DNA from: an uncultured delta proteobacterium
Lineage (GTDB): Bacteria; Desulfobacterota; Binatia; Binatales; Binataceae
Assembly (NCBI GenBank): GCA_963711565.1
Contig: CAVQEQ010000002.1
Coordinates: 32,001-96,000, forward strand
Direction: 5' to 3'
Length of the DNA stretch: 64,000 bases
In this document: positions 1-9,728 of the stretch, piece after piece
How the letters are laid out: every line of letters starts with the position of its first letter
Position numbering within the stretch: position 1 is the stretch's first letter
Notes under the pieces: model-generated
What the model saw: the letters and a program-made list of their open reading frames with translations, nothing else
The model's database searches: none
Told to the model about the DNA's origin: nothing
Program-made: the position numbers and the translations under genes

Positions 1-1353
1 TTGCATGCGCTGAAAAGCCTCATGGTCTCCTGCTGAAGGTTGCTTGTGCCACCTACGAACCACGCCTACGATCTCGTCAAGTAGCGCTGCCACCCGAGCG
101 TCGGTCGCTATTCTTTGGAAAAAATCTCTCGAGCTGCGCGCCTGGTCTTTCAAGTAAGCATGTAGACCGCGCATCAGGAATACGCCGGCGTTGTGATCCT
201 CAACCTCATCGGCGAACTTAGGCGGCAGCCCTCGGGCATTACCGTTCCCCACCAGCATTCGTGCGGTTCTCGGAAAGTTCAGAGCTGCATATAGGAAGGA
301 TCGCAACGCATCTTCGTTCTGGCCGAGTTCGAAGAAAGCGAAAGCCGCTGTAAAGCCTGCGTGTGGCTCTTCAAAGAACCCGGCAGCGGATTGGCCGGCC
401 AGCAACTTCTGCGAAGCGTCAGCGGCCTCTTCCCACCTTAGCGTGTTGAGGTAGACGTTCGCACGGTATCTGGTCGCGGTCCACTCGTCAGCGCACTCGT
501 CCGCCAGGCGATCGCAGATAACGAGCGCGTCCTCGAAGTTGCCTGCGATGTTCAGCGCGATCGCGAGGTTGCGCAGCCCGCGCATGAAGGGGCGCGTGGA
601 AAGGTCGCTCCAGTATCGCTTTTTGGTGATGCGTGCGGGGAAGAGCCTGCGACCAAGCTCGACGGTTTTCTTGAAGTGCCGGATGGCCTCATCGACATTC
701 CACCGCTGCAAGGCTATAAGCCCTAGATAGTTGTAACCTTCAGCGTATCGATCGAAGCAGTCGACGAGGAGCCGAAAGATCGGTTCGGCCTTTTCGTATT
801 CTCCGCGCTCGTAAAATCCGGCAGCATGTTCCTCGGTATCTGATGGCACCTCGCCACCCCGGAGCGAGAACCTCCAATAAAAGGGATTGTCGGCGTTCCA
901 CTGGCTCTCCTTCTGATCGCGTGACTTGAGGCGCCAGGTGATCAGATCGGCGAGGTACTCCAGTTCATAGCGGTGTTCCTGAATCAGGTGGGCCGCCGAA
1001 ATGAGGTCCTGCGGATCAGCAAGAATGAGCGAACGTGTGAACGCGCAGAGATCGTTACGGAATCGACTGCGAAGGCGTTCCGACCGATATTCGTAGAGGT
1101 CGGGCAAGGCATCGAGGTTCTGCTCGATGGCGCATCGAATCTCTTTCCAGTCGAACTTGATGTCCGGATACTGACGCTCCAATAGATGGCAAAACCAGTC
1201 GATGCGGCTTTTCTTCCGGCGTCCGAGAACTTCTAACGCCTCAGCTTTAGAGTACAGCGTGAATAAGATCCGTTGCTGGACCTTTCCTGTCCCCGGAGCT
1301 CTCTCTCCGTGAACGATCGCTAGCTGGTTCCCTCTGCGACGAACGTAAGCCAT
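1..1353 (-). CDS. TPR-containing protein with a possible N-terminal beta-sheet DNA-binding domain (partial, runs off left edge; absent from ORF track)
   Basis: Manual translation from ATG at 1353 is open to position 1: MAYVRRRGNQLAIVHGERAPGTGKVQQRILF...AEGYNYLGLIALQRWNVDEAIRHFKKTVEL...WSDLSTRPFMRGLRNLAIAL, which has TPR-like helices. Confidence 0.8.
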   Translation of the reverse strand, partial: MAYVRRRGNQLAIVHGERAPGTGKVQQRILFTLYSKAEALEVLGRRKKSRIDWFCHLLERQYPDIKFDWKEIRCAIEQNLDALPDLYEYRSERLRSRFRNDLCAFTRSLILADPQDLISAAHLIQEHRYELEYLADLITWRLKSRDQKESQWNADNPFYWRFSLRGGEVPSDTEEHAAGFYERGEYEKAEPIFRLLVDCFDRYAEGYNYLGLIALQRWNVDEAIRHFKKTVELGRRLFPARITKKRYWSDLSTRPFMRGLRNLAIALNIAGNFEDALVICDRLADECADEWTATRYRANVYLNTLRWEEAADASQKLLAGQSAAGFFEEPHAGFTAAFAFFELGQNEDALRSFLYAALNFPRTARMLVGNGNARGLPPKFADEVEDHNAGVFLMRGLHAYLKDQARSSRDFFQRIATDARVAALLDEIVGVVRRWHKQPSAGDHEAFQRMQ

Positions 1354-1354
1354 T

Positions 1355-1387
1355 CTGTTGTGTTCAGCATGTATCACAACACAACAG
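1355..1387. promoter_or_regulatory. Perfect 10-bp inverted repeat (candidate operator) directly upstream of the TPR gene
   Basis: CTGTTGTGTT-N13-AACACAACAG. Confidence 0.5.
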
Positions 1388-1460
1388 TCCTGCACAACCC
1401 GATCCCAGGCGCAGATTTGAACCTCAAAAACCGTTACTTCCTGTGCACGCCACCTCCCCC

Positions 1461-1490
1461 TTGACAGTAACTACGGAACTTCCGTAGTCT
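1461..1490 (+). promoter_or_regulatory. Sigma-70 promoter with embedded palindromic operator for the BrnT/HTH-helicase operon
   Basis: TTGACA (1461-1466), 18-bp spacer, TAGTCT (1485-1490). Palindrome ACTACGGAA-C-TTCCGTAGT (1470-1488) covers the spacer and -10 box. Confidence 0.75.
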
Positions 1491-1492
1491 AT

Positions 1493-1780
1493 TTGGTGTG
1501 CCCAGAATTCGAATGGGACGACAGCAAGGCCGCGAAAAATCTGCTGAAGCATGGAATCACGTTTGCTTTAGCGATTTCTGCGTTCCGCGACACCTTTGCG
1601 GTCGAGTATCCCGACGACCGGATGGACTATGGTGAAGACCGATTCATCCATATCGGTATGGCGGCAGGGCATTTATTGACAGTTGCTTTCACCGAACGGG
1701 CTGACAGCACCCGAATCATCTCCGCCCGTAGATCGACGAAGTATGAAGAAGAAATTTACCACAGCCAAAATCCGCGCTGA
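1493..1780 (+). CDS. brnT: BrnT-family (RelE-fold) ribonuclease toxin
   Basis: Family signature FEWDDSKAAKNLLKHGITF...DYGEDRFIHIG...TRIISARR. Start may be GTG at 1496, possibly leaderless. Confidence 0.9.
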   Translation: MVCPEFEWDDSKAAKNLLKHGITFALAISAFRDTFAVEYPDDRMDYGEDRFIHIGMAAGHLLTVAFTERADSTRIISARRSTKYEEEIYHSQNPR

Positions 1781-4700
1781 CGGCACTGTTGTACGCGTTA
1801 GCCCGGATGGTCGGGAGGAGCCGCTCTCCATGACGGCCATTCCGCCCAAGACGGAAGCCGAGATTGAAGCGGCTGCTGCGGATGATATCGAGAATCCGCC
1901 GCTTTCGCCGGAACAGCTAAAACGTCTCCGACCCGTGCCTCGCGTTAAGACGCTACGCCGTGCCTTGGGATTGACGCAGGAAGAGTTTGCAAGTCGGTAC
2001 GGCATACCCATCGGAACGCTTCGGGATTGGGAACAAGGCCGAACCGAACCTGATCAGGCGGCCCGTGCATACCTCAATCTCATCGCCCGTGACCCGCTAA
2101 CGGCTGCTCGGTCCGCACGGGAGCCGGACTCGGACGGCGCGAGTACAGAACTCCCCACCTTTCAAGTTGGGCAACGCGTGCACTTGAAGGCGTCCTCATC
2201 GCTGCAAGGCGCAGTCATCGAAGTTCGCTCGCGCGCAAGTGGAGGTTTCTACTACAAGGTATTTCATTCCGCGGATCTTGTCCGCGAATACGACGAGGAA
2301 CAGCTTGCGGCAAGTGAGAAGGAGCGCTCTCTAGAGGACGCACTTGTTAGCGGGGAGTTTCTCGACAGCGGTACGTTTCGCGCAAGACTTACGGCCTCGC
2401 GAATCATCCCGCCCAACCTCGACAACATCTATGCGCTGTACGCCGCTCGTATCCAGCACGTTCCATTTCAGTTCAAACCATTGCTACGACTACTGCGTGC
2501 AGACCGTCCTCGCCTATTGGTCGCCGATGAAGTGGGAGTCGGCAAGACTATCGAAGCTGGTTTGATTCTCAAAGAACTAGAGGCACGCCAACGTATCGAA
2601 CGAGTTTTGATCGTGTGTCCGAAGGATCTGACGCAGAAGTGGCGCGCCGAGATGCGCCGGTTCGATGAGAATTTTCAGATCCTTGGCGCGGACCAATTGC
2701 GCTACTGTGTGCGGGAAACGGACTTGGATGGCGTGTGGCCGCAGAATTACTCGCGTTCGATTGTAAATATCGAGTTGCTCCGACTAGGGGAGTACTTGTG
2801 GGGAACGCAGAACGGTCATGTCGAACCAGGGCTCGCGACGCTCCAGCCCTCGCCACGGTTCGATCTCCTGATCGTGGACGAGGCCCATCACCTTCGCAAT
2901 CCGGACACGAACAGCTTTGAGCTTGGGCAGTTCATTTGCGACGTTAGCGAAGCGGTAGTCTTCCTCTCCGCGACTCCGCTACATACTGGGTCTCACAATC
3001 TTTACGCTCTTCTGTCTCTCTTGCGTCCCGAGCTTTTCCCTACAAAAGAGGTTTTCGAGGAAATGCTCGAGCCCAACCCGTATCTACTCCAGGCGATGCG
3101 GCATGTGCGAGCACGTACTCCCAAAGACACCTGGGCATCGGTCGCTGCTGAATCCTTGGACCAAGCGGCGGACACCTCTTGGGGGCGTCGGGTTCTGACC
3201 GGAGAACCTCGCTTTGAAGCTTGGCGCGATAGGCTTTCTGAAAGCAGAACCTTGAGTGACGACGAACGGATCCGCTGCTTAAGAGATTTGGAAGACCTTC
3301 ACACATTGTCTCACGTCGTTAACCGCACGCGGCGACGTGACATCGGCAGGTTTACAATTCGTGAGCCAGCTACAATTGCCGTACCGCATACACCTGAGCA
3401 GGCAAGCTTTTATGCAGAACTCATAGCTTTCCGGCGAGCTGTCCTGAGTTTGCACCTGGACCCTCGAACTGTGGCTCTAGTGGCGACTACGTTGGAGCGT
3501 CAAGCTGCAAGTTGTCTTCCAGCCTTGATTCCTCTGCTCAACGTCTTTCTGCGAACGGGCAGGTTCGCTGGGTCAGCTCTAAGCGATGACGTGGAAGCAT
3601 CCTACGACGAGGTCGCCCTGCCCTCGGACCTCGTAGACAAGGCACATCAATTGCGGCATTTGGCCGCGGGCCTACCGCCTGAGGACCCAAAGCTCGACCA
3701 ACTTGTCTCGATCGTACGAACTGCTATCGAGACCCCAGGCCCAGGAAAGGTTCTAGTCTTCTCGTATTTCCTACACACCTTGAACTATCTGAGGGCGGAG
3801 CTTCAGAAACGTGGAATTCGGGTGGGCTTGGTGACGGGCCAGGTGCCGGACGAGTTGCCGCTACGTTCCGGAGGGGAACAAGTGCTGACAAGGGAGCAAC
3901 TCCGTGGGCGCTTTCGTCTCGCTCGAGAGCATAAGGACGCCCTTGACGTGTTGCTCTCCTCCGAAGTGGGATGCGAAGGACTCGACTATGAGTTTTGTGA
4001 TCGGCTTGTAAATTACGACATTCCTTGGAACCCGATGCGTATCGAGCAACGAATCGGACGCATCGACCGGTTTGGTCAACAAAGCGAGAAGGTCCACATC
4101 TTCAATTTCATCACGCCTGGGACGATAGAGGAGCGGGTCTTCTTTCGGTGCTTCGAACGGCTGGGAATATTCAAGGACACGATTGGCGATCTAGAAGAAG
4201 TACTCGGGGATGTTCTTCAGGACCTTACGAAGATGGCGCTCAATCCGGGTCTGACGCCCGAGCAGGCTGAGGAGAAGGCACGCCAGCTAGCGGACAATGC
4301 CATAAGGCAGGTCGAAGAACAGCGCCGCCTCGAAGATGAAGGCGCGAGCCTGTTCGGATTGGACCCGGGGGCGTGGGAAATCGGAGACATTGAGAGTCAA
4401 GGGCGTTTTGTCGCGCCCGACGAACTCTTTCAGCTCGTGGAAAAGTTCGTCTCGCGATCTGAGCTGCAAGGTAGGCTCACCCGCGACGAGAGTACGCCCG
4501 GACTTGTAAATCTACGTTTGAACAAAGAAGGTCGCGCTGAGGTGATTCAGAGAGTCCGTTCCATCTCCGATGGCACTCGTGCGGGCGATCGCTCTACGCT
4601 TGCCTTTCTTAGGTGGCTGGAAGGCAACGAACCTTACTTGTCCATGACATTCGATCAAAGGACGGCATTGGAGCGGCGAGATCTTCCCTTCGTCACTCCT

Positions 4701-5297
4701 CTTCATGTACTCGCCAAGCTAGCAGCCCTTGACCACATGACGGGTGGACCTTTTGTGTCGCGGCTAAAAATTCGCGAAGAGTCGGTACCTTCCGGTCGTT
4801 TCCTCTTCGTATGCGAGCTCTGGGAAGCTATCGGTGCCCAGCGAGATACAAGATTGCGTGGCTTCGCTTGGGATTTGGAGCGCGGAACTTTAGCGTCCGA
4901 CGTGTCTGCCAACCTCATAAAGCTCTTGAGCCGAACTGCTGATTCATCATCACCACCCGATCCGATCGTCGCCATACATGAGGGACTCGCAGCCGTGGAC
5001 GAAGCCTCACGTGGCAGCCGGCTGGCAGAAATTGAGGATCTAAGGCAGCGGAACGAAGCAGTGATTGCCAGAAAACTCGCCAGTCTCGATGCATACCATC
5101 AGAACCGCCTTGCGAGAGTGGATGCTGAACTTCAGCAAGCGACAGACGAGCGAATCATTCGGATGAAGACTGCAGAACGCGCTCGGATCGAAAGCGACCA
5201 CGAGGAGAAGCGGCGCGAAATTGAAGCGGCCCGCAACGCCGACATCGCCAGTAAGCGAATCGCCGCCGGCGTGCTGGAAATCAACCATGGCAACTAA
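1743..5297 (+). CDS. Fusion of an XRE/HigA-like HTH antitoxin with a SNF2/RapA-like helicase
   Basis: N-terminus RVKTLRRALGLTQEEFASRYGIPIGTLRDWEQGRTEPDQAARAYL. SF2 motifs LVADEVGVGKT, IVDEAH, LSATP and EGLDYEF..NYDIPWNPMRIEQRIGRIDRFGQ. C-terminal coiled coil. ATG at 1743 overlaps the toxin 3' end. Confidence 0.85.
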   Translation: MKKKFTTAKIRADGTVVRVSPDGREEPLSMTAIPPKTEAEIEAAAADDIENPPLSPEQLKRLRPVPRVKTLRRALGLTQEEFASRYGIPIGTLRDWEQGRTEPDQAARAYLNLIARDPLTAARSAREPDSDGASTELPTFQVGQRVHLKASSSLQGAVIEVRSRASGGFYYKVFHSADLVREYDEEQLAASEKERSLEDALVSGEFLDSGTFRARLTASRIIPPNLDNIYALYAARIQHVPFQFKPLLRLLRADRPRLLVADEVGVGKTIEAGLILKELEARQRIERVLIVCPKDLTQKWRAEMRRFDENFQILGADQLRYCVRETDLDGVWPQNYSRSIVNIELLRLGEYLWGTQNGHVEPGLATLQPSPRFDLLIVDEAHHLRNPDTNSFELGQFICDVSEAVVFLSATPLHTGSHNLYALLSLLRPELFPTKEVFEEMLEPNPYLLQAMRHVRARTPKDTWASVAAESLDQAADTSWGRRVLTGEPRFEAWRDRLSESRTLSDDERIRCLRDLEDLHTLSHVVNRTRRRDIGRFTIREPATIAVPHTPEQASFYAELIAFRRAVLSLHLDPRTVALVATTLERQAASCLPALIPLLNVFLRTGRFAGSALSDDVEASYDEVALPSDLVDKAHQLRHLAAGLPPEDPKLDQLVSIVRTAIETPGPGKVLVFSYFLHTLNYLRAELQKRGIRVGLVTGQVPDELPLRSGGEQVLTREQLRGRFRLAREHKDALDVLLSSEVGCEGLDYEFCDRLVNYDIPWNPMRIEQRIGRIDRFGQQSEKVHIFNFITPGTIEERVFFRCFERLGIFKDTIGDLEEVLGDVLQDLTKMALNPGLTPEQAEEKARQLADNAIRQVEEQRRLEDEGASLFGLDPGAWEIGDIESQGRFVAPDELFQLVEKFVSRSELQGRLTRDESTPGLVNLRLNKEGRAEVIQRVRSISDGTRAGDRSTLAFLRWLEGNEPYLSMTFDQRTALERRDLPFVTPLHVLAKLAALDHMTGGPFVSRLKIREESVPSGRFLFVCELWEAIGAQRDTRLRGFAWDLERGTLASDVSANLIKLLSRTADSSSPPDPIVAIHEGLAAVDEASRGSRLAEIEDLRQRNEAVIARKLASLDAYHQNRLARVDAELQQATDERIIRMKTAERARIESDHEEKRREIEAARNADIASKRIAAGVLEINHGN

Positions 5298-8200
5298 TTA
5301 CGACAAGATTAGAGAGGAAAACATTCGGGGATACGGCGAATTTACTCACCATCTTGAGCTTCTCGGGCGACTGTATGCAGACCCCACTCACTTCATTTTC
5401 GAGCTTCTCCAAAACGCAGAGGACGCGGGGGCAAAAAAGGTTAAATTCTCTCTTTATCCGGACCGCTTGGAGTTCCTAAACGATGGCAGATCCTTTACGG
5501 AGGCAGATGTTCACGGAATCTGCGCTATCGGCAAGGGCACCAAAGCTCAAGACCTCACGCAAATCGGAAAGTTCGGGATTGGCTTTAAGTCGGTCTATGC
5601 GCACACCTCTAATCCGCAAATCTACTCAGGCTCGGAGCAGTTTCGTATCGAACACTACGTCCGACCCTATGCAGAGGACCGTCGCTCAGTGCCATCTCCC
5701 TGGTCGACACTCTTCGTTCTTCCATTTCATCAAGCATCGGTTTCTTATGCACAGATAGCAGCAAAGCTAGAACGCCTGGACACGACACCGCTCCTGTTTC
5801 TCAAGAGCCTTCGAGAAATCGAATGGTCGCTCGAAGGCGGACAATCCGGCCTGTTTATCCGCGAGGCCGAAGCTTGTGGTACCGGGCAATTAACCCGCAT
5901 CGTGGCCCAGAGGGGTAAAAAAGAGACAGACGAGGAATGGCTTCTTTTCGCGCGGCAATTGCCCCTAGACGCCTACCCACACGACAGCCTGCTTCCCGAG
6001 CACAAGAAGCTCCGGGTCGAGATCGGGTTTCTTGTCCGACGAAGCTCACCCGATTCCAAAATCACAATCACGCGTATTCCGTCATCGCCGCTGGTCGTGT
6101 TCTTTCCAACTGAGAAGCCCACAAATCTCGGTTTTCTCATTCAAGGTCCGTTTCGTACCACACCGACGCGAGAGAACGTTCCGCCGAATGATCCTTGGAA
6201 TGGAAAACTAGTCCAGGAAACAGCCGAACTTGCGGTGGACGCTCTGAATCGGTTACGCGATGTCGGTTTGCTATCGGTCAGTGCGCTGGAGGCACTTCCG
6301 ATTCACGCCGAAGCCTTCCCCGAAGGAAGCATGTTTCGTCCTATTTTTGACCGGGTCCGCGCGGCGCTCAAAGACGAGCGCCTATTGCCCAGCAACGACG
6401 AAACTTTCACTCCTGCCAAAGATGCCAAATTAGCGAGGGGCGGTGACCTGCGAGAGCTGCTGCCTGACGAGCAACTCCAAGACCTGTATGGTGGCGAACG
6501 CAAATGGAAATGGCTCTCCCATCAGATAACGAAAGATAGAACACCCGGTCTCTGCCAATACCTGACCGAAGAGCTAGCCATCGAAGAGATCGAACCTGAG
6601 ACGTTCGCGCGCAAACTAAACAAACCGTTTCTCGAGCGTCAGTCGGATGAGTGGATAGTTCGGTTCTACAGTTTTCTAAACGAGCATAAGGCTCTGTGGC
6701 GGTCATCCCCCTACGGTGGCGGACCGCTTCGAAATGAAGCGATCATACGACTTGATGACGACTCTCACGTCACACCCTTCCGTGACGGCAACACGCCGAA
6801 GGTGTACCTGCCGACGGCTGAAGGCAGCGACTTACCGACGGTCAAGGGAACGATCACGCAGAATCAAGACGCGGTGAACTTCTTACAAGCACTCGGCCTG
6901 AGAGAACCTGATCTTGTTGCTGAAGTTATCGAGCGAATTCTTCCAAAGTATGCCGAGGGGAAAACCATACCCGCCGATGAACACGCGCGTGACCTCAGGC
7001 GTGTCGTCGCCGCACTAAAGGCCGTTACGCGTGACCGTGCCGCCGCTCTTGTTGAAGCTGTTTTTGAATTTCCGTTCCTACACGCAAGGAACGCCGCTAC
7101 CGCCAGCATAGCGTTTAAGAAGCTCGGCGACACCGAATTCGAGACCGAGACGACAAGGCTCTTGTTCGAAGGCAATCCAGACATTTGGTTCGTCGATGAC
7201 GATTTTTCGAACGATGCGTTTGCCCACGTTGAAGCCTGGGGCATTGTCTCCACTCGAATTAGTCCTTGTGCAATCGGCGCGCAGGGAGATGTTTCGCTGC
7301 AGAACACATGGGGATCGCACAAGCGAGGATTGGGTGGGTTTGATGGTCGATGCGACATCACCGGGCTGGCTCATGCCCTGAAGACCATCACCACCGCAAA
7401 AGCGCGCTGCCTCTGGAACGAAATTCTCCCTGGACACAGTCGCCACATCCGTGGCGTCGTCGAGTCGTCCTCGCGGCAGGACTATCGCGATTCCGAGAAG
7501 ACGATCGAACTGTTGACTACCGGGCGATTCATCACGAAGTCTTCTTGGCTGCCCGGCCCTGACGGTAAGTTTTTTCAAGCTAGCGCTCTTACCTTGGATG
7601 AGTTGCCGGAGGACTTTATCCGGAACTCTGACCTGGCCAGATTTCTCGGCATGAAGCCGACCATACCTTCCAACCTCGACAAGGAGAGTCTGTTCCGAGC
7701 TGCAGGCTTGATGCCCGAGGCCGCCCGTTTCGCGAAAGAGAACACCGACCTGATCGAACGCCTCGCAAAACGCCCCGACCTGCTCGAACAGATCCGCGAA
7801 AAACTTGAAGAGAGCAGGGACAACCTTCAGCACGAAGCGAAGCCTCTGGACTATCGCGCCGAAATCGCCGAAACCTTTTCTCGCGAGGCTCGAAGAAGGA
7901 GCCGACGACACAGATGGTTCGGCTACAACTGGCCCGGTACCAAATCCCGAACGGCGGCGGCAGAAACTACAAGAAGAGATTCAAGCGGCGAAAGGACGAG
8001 AACCGAGGCTGGTCGAACGCTTCACAAGGGTACCGAGAAAAGTTTGGGAGTTGAAAAACGGCGCAGTTCGAGCGTTTCTAGAGGAGCAATACCACGGGCG
8101 CTGTCAAATCTGCGATTTCACGTTCCCCGAGCGTAGCGGGCGCCGATACTTCGAGGGAGTTTACCTAGTGTCGCGTACGCGAGCGCGCTGGATCGACCGC

Positions 8201-8470
8201 GCAGGCAACGTTCTTTGCCTCTGCGCAAATTGCTCCGCGAAGTTCGTCCATGGGGAGGTTCTTGCCGATGACCTCCTGGATCAGATTGACGGCTTTCGAC
8301 CGTCTAAAGAAGGTGGCCCGATCAGCCCGATGCTTCATATCGTCCTGTGTGGAGAATCCACAGATATCCGCTTCACCGAGCGTCACCTTTTGGACCTTCA
8401 GCAACTTGTAAAAGCAAACGGCAATCCAGCAGATCCTGAATTGATTGAGCCGGGGGAACGGCCATCCTGA
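5287..8470 (+). CDS. Sacsin-like GHKL (HATPase) protein with C-terminal HNH-like Zn-finger domain; apparent +1 frameshift near 7875-7890
   Basis: GHKL motifs HFIFELLQNAEDA, NDGRSF and IGKFGIGFKSVY. The 5287 frame degrades into R/S-rich sequence after ~7890, while the 7805..8470 frame continues EEGADD...YHGRCQIC...GNVLCLCANCSAKF. Confidence 0.75.
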
Positions 8471-8629
8471 GAATGGCACCAACTACCACGAGATCGCAGC
8501 GAGCCTTTGAGATCCTGGTCGAGGAAAAATCGAACGGTTGTCGAACAGCTCAACGAGTTACCTAGGAGCCGAAGCCTTTGAAAGAGGCGACCACTGCGTA
8601 GCTGATACTGACTAGGCACCTTTCGGGAA

Positions 8630-9610
8630 TCACGATAGGCGACTTCGCCCGTCGCGGTATGGGCGACCGTTCACGCGGCCGTTCGTTTCGTGCCCATCGT
8701 AGTGTTCAAGTCGGCTGTAAATCGTGCGGCGGCCGACGCCCAAAATCTTTGCAGCGCGGACCTTGTTGCCGCCGGCGTATGTGACCGTGCGGCAAATCAG
8801 TTCGTCGACGACATCTTTCATTGAAGAACCCAAGTGAACGATGAAGGAACTGTCCGGCCTCGCGCTCGCCTCAATCTCTGAGGGCAGGTCGCTGAGCGCC
8901 AACTGAGTCGTTTCGGAGACAATTACGGCATGCTCGATTGCGTGTTTCAATTCGCGGATGTTGCCCGGCCACCAGTAGGCGGCTAGGACGTTCAGGCAGT
9001 CATCATCGATGCTCGTGATCCGCCTGCCATGCTTTTCGTTCGTTCTTTGAATGAAATGCTCGATCAAGAAGGGCAGGTCCTCGATACGCTCTCTGAGAGG
9101 CGGAAGATGTACTGAAAAAACCTTCAGCCGAAAGTACAGGTCCTCGCGTAGCAACCCGTCTCGAAGCGCCCGGTCGATCGAACGGTTCGTCGCCGCCAAC
9201 ACCCGCACGTTGACGGGTATCTCTTTCGCACCCCCGATCCGCAGCACCGTTCCCTCCTCAAGCACACGAAGGAGCTTGGCCTGCGTTTCGCATCGCATCT
9301 CCGTAATTTCGTCGAGGAGGAGTGTTCCGCCGGACGTACTCTCGAAGAGTCCCTCGTGCCGACGATCCGCGCCTGTGAACGCGCCCTTTTCGTGGCCAAA
9401 CAACTGGCTCTCGACCAGCGTTTCAGGAATCGCGGCACAGTTGACGGGCATGTACGGACCGTCCTTGCGCCATGACAGTTGGTGAATGAGTTGAGCCGTG
9501 ATCTCTTTTCCGGTCCCGCTTTCGCCAGTGATCAGAACAGGCACATCGGAGGAGGCGATACGTTCGATCAGGCTCATGATCCGGCGCATCGGTACAGACT
9601 GGCCAATCAT
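8630..9610 (-). CDS. Sigma-54-dependent enhancer-binding protein (AAA+ and Fis HTH) lacking an N-terminal sensor domain
   Basis: Motifs GESGTGKE, GAFTGA, LLLDEI, WPGNIREL and GNKVRAAKILGVGRRTIY. AGGAG RBS and an in-frame TAG lie just upstream of the ATG. Confidence 0.9.
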   Translation of the reverse strand: MIGQSVPMRRIMSLIERIASSDVPVLITGESGTGKEITAQLIHQLSWRKDGPYMPVNCAAIPETLVESQLFGHEKGAFTGADRRHEGLFESTSGGTLLLDEITEMRCETQAKLLRVLEEGTVLRIGGAKEIPVNVRVLAATNRSIDRALRDGLLREDLYFRLKVFSVHLPPLRERIEDLPFLIEHFIQRTNEKHGRRITSIDDDCLNVLAAYWWPGNIRELKHAIEHAVIVSETTQLALSDLPSEIEASARPDSSFIVHLGSSMKDVVDELICRTVTYAGGNKVRAAKILGVGRRTIYSRLEHYDGHETNGRVNGRPYRDGRSRLS

Positions 9611-9728
9611 GACGGACTCCTACGCGGATATTTTTCACCATCTCCACGCCACTCCCGCCTGTGGATAAATAGTCGCCCCGGCCTAACACGTCAACAATAA
9701 TTGAGGTATTAGGAGACGATTCCGGCGA

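Noticed and set aside
1743-8470. Assignment to DISARM, BREX or Zorya
   Set aside because: No methyltransferase, PglZ, DrmAB or ZorAB genes are present in the operon or window.
8473-8490. Sigma-54 promoter (TGGCAC)
   Set aside because: It lacks the TTGC -12 element at the required spacing and no gene follows.
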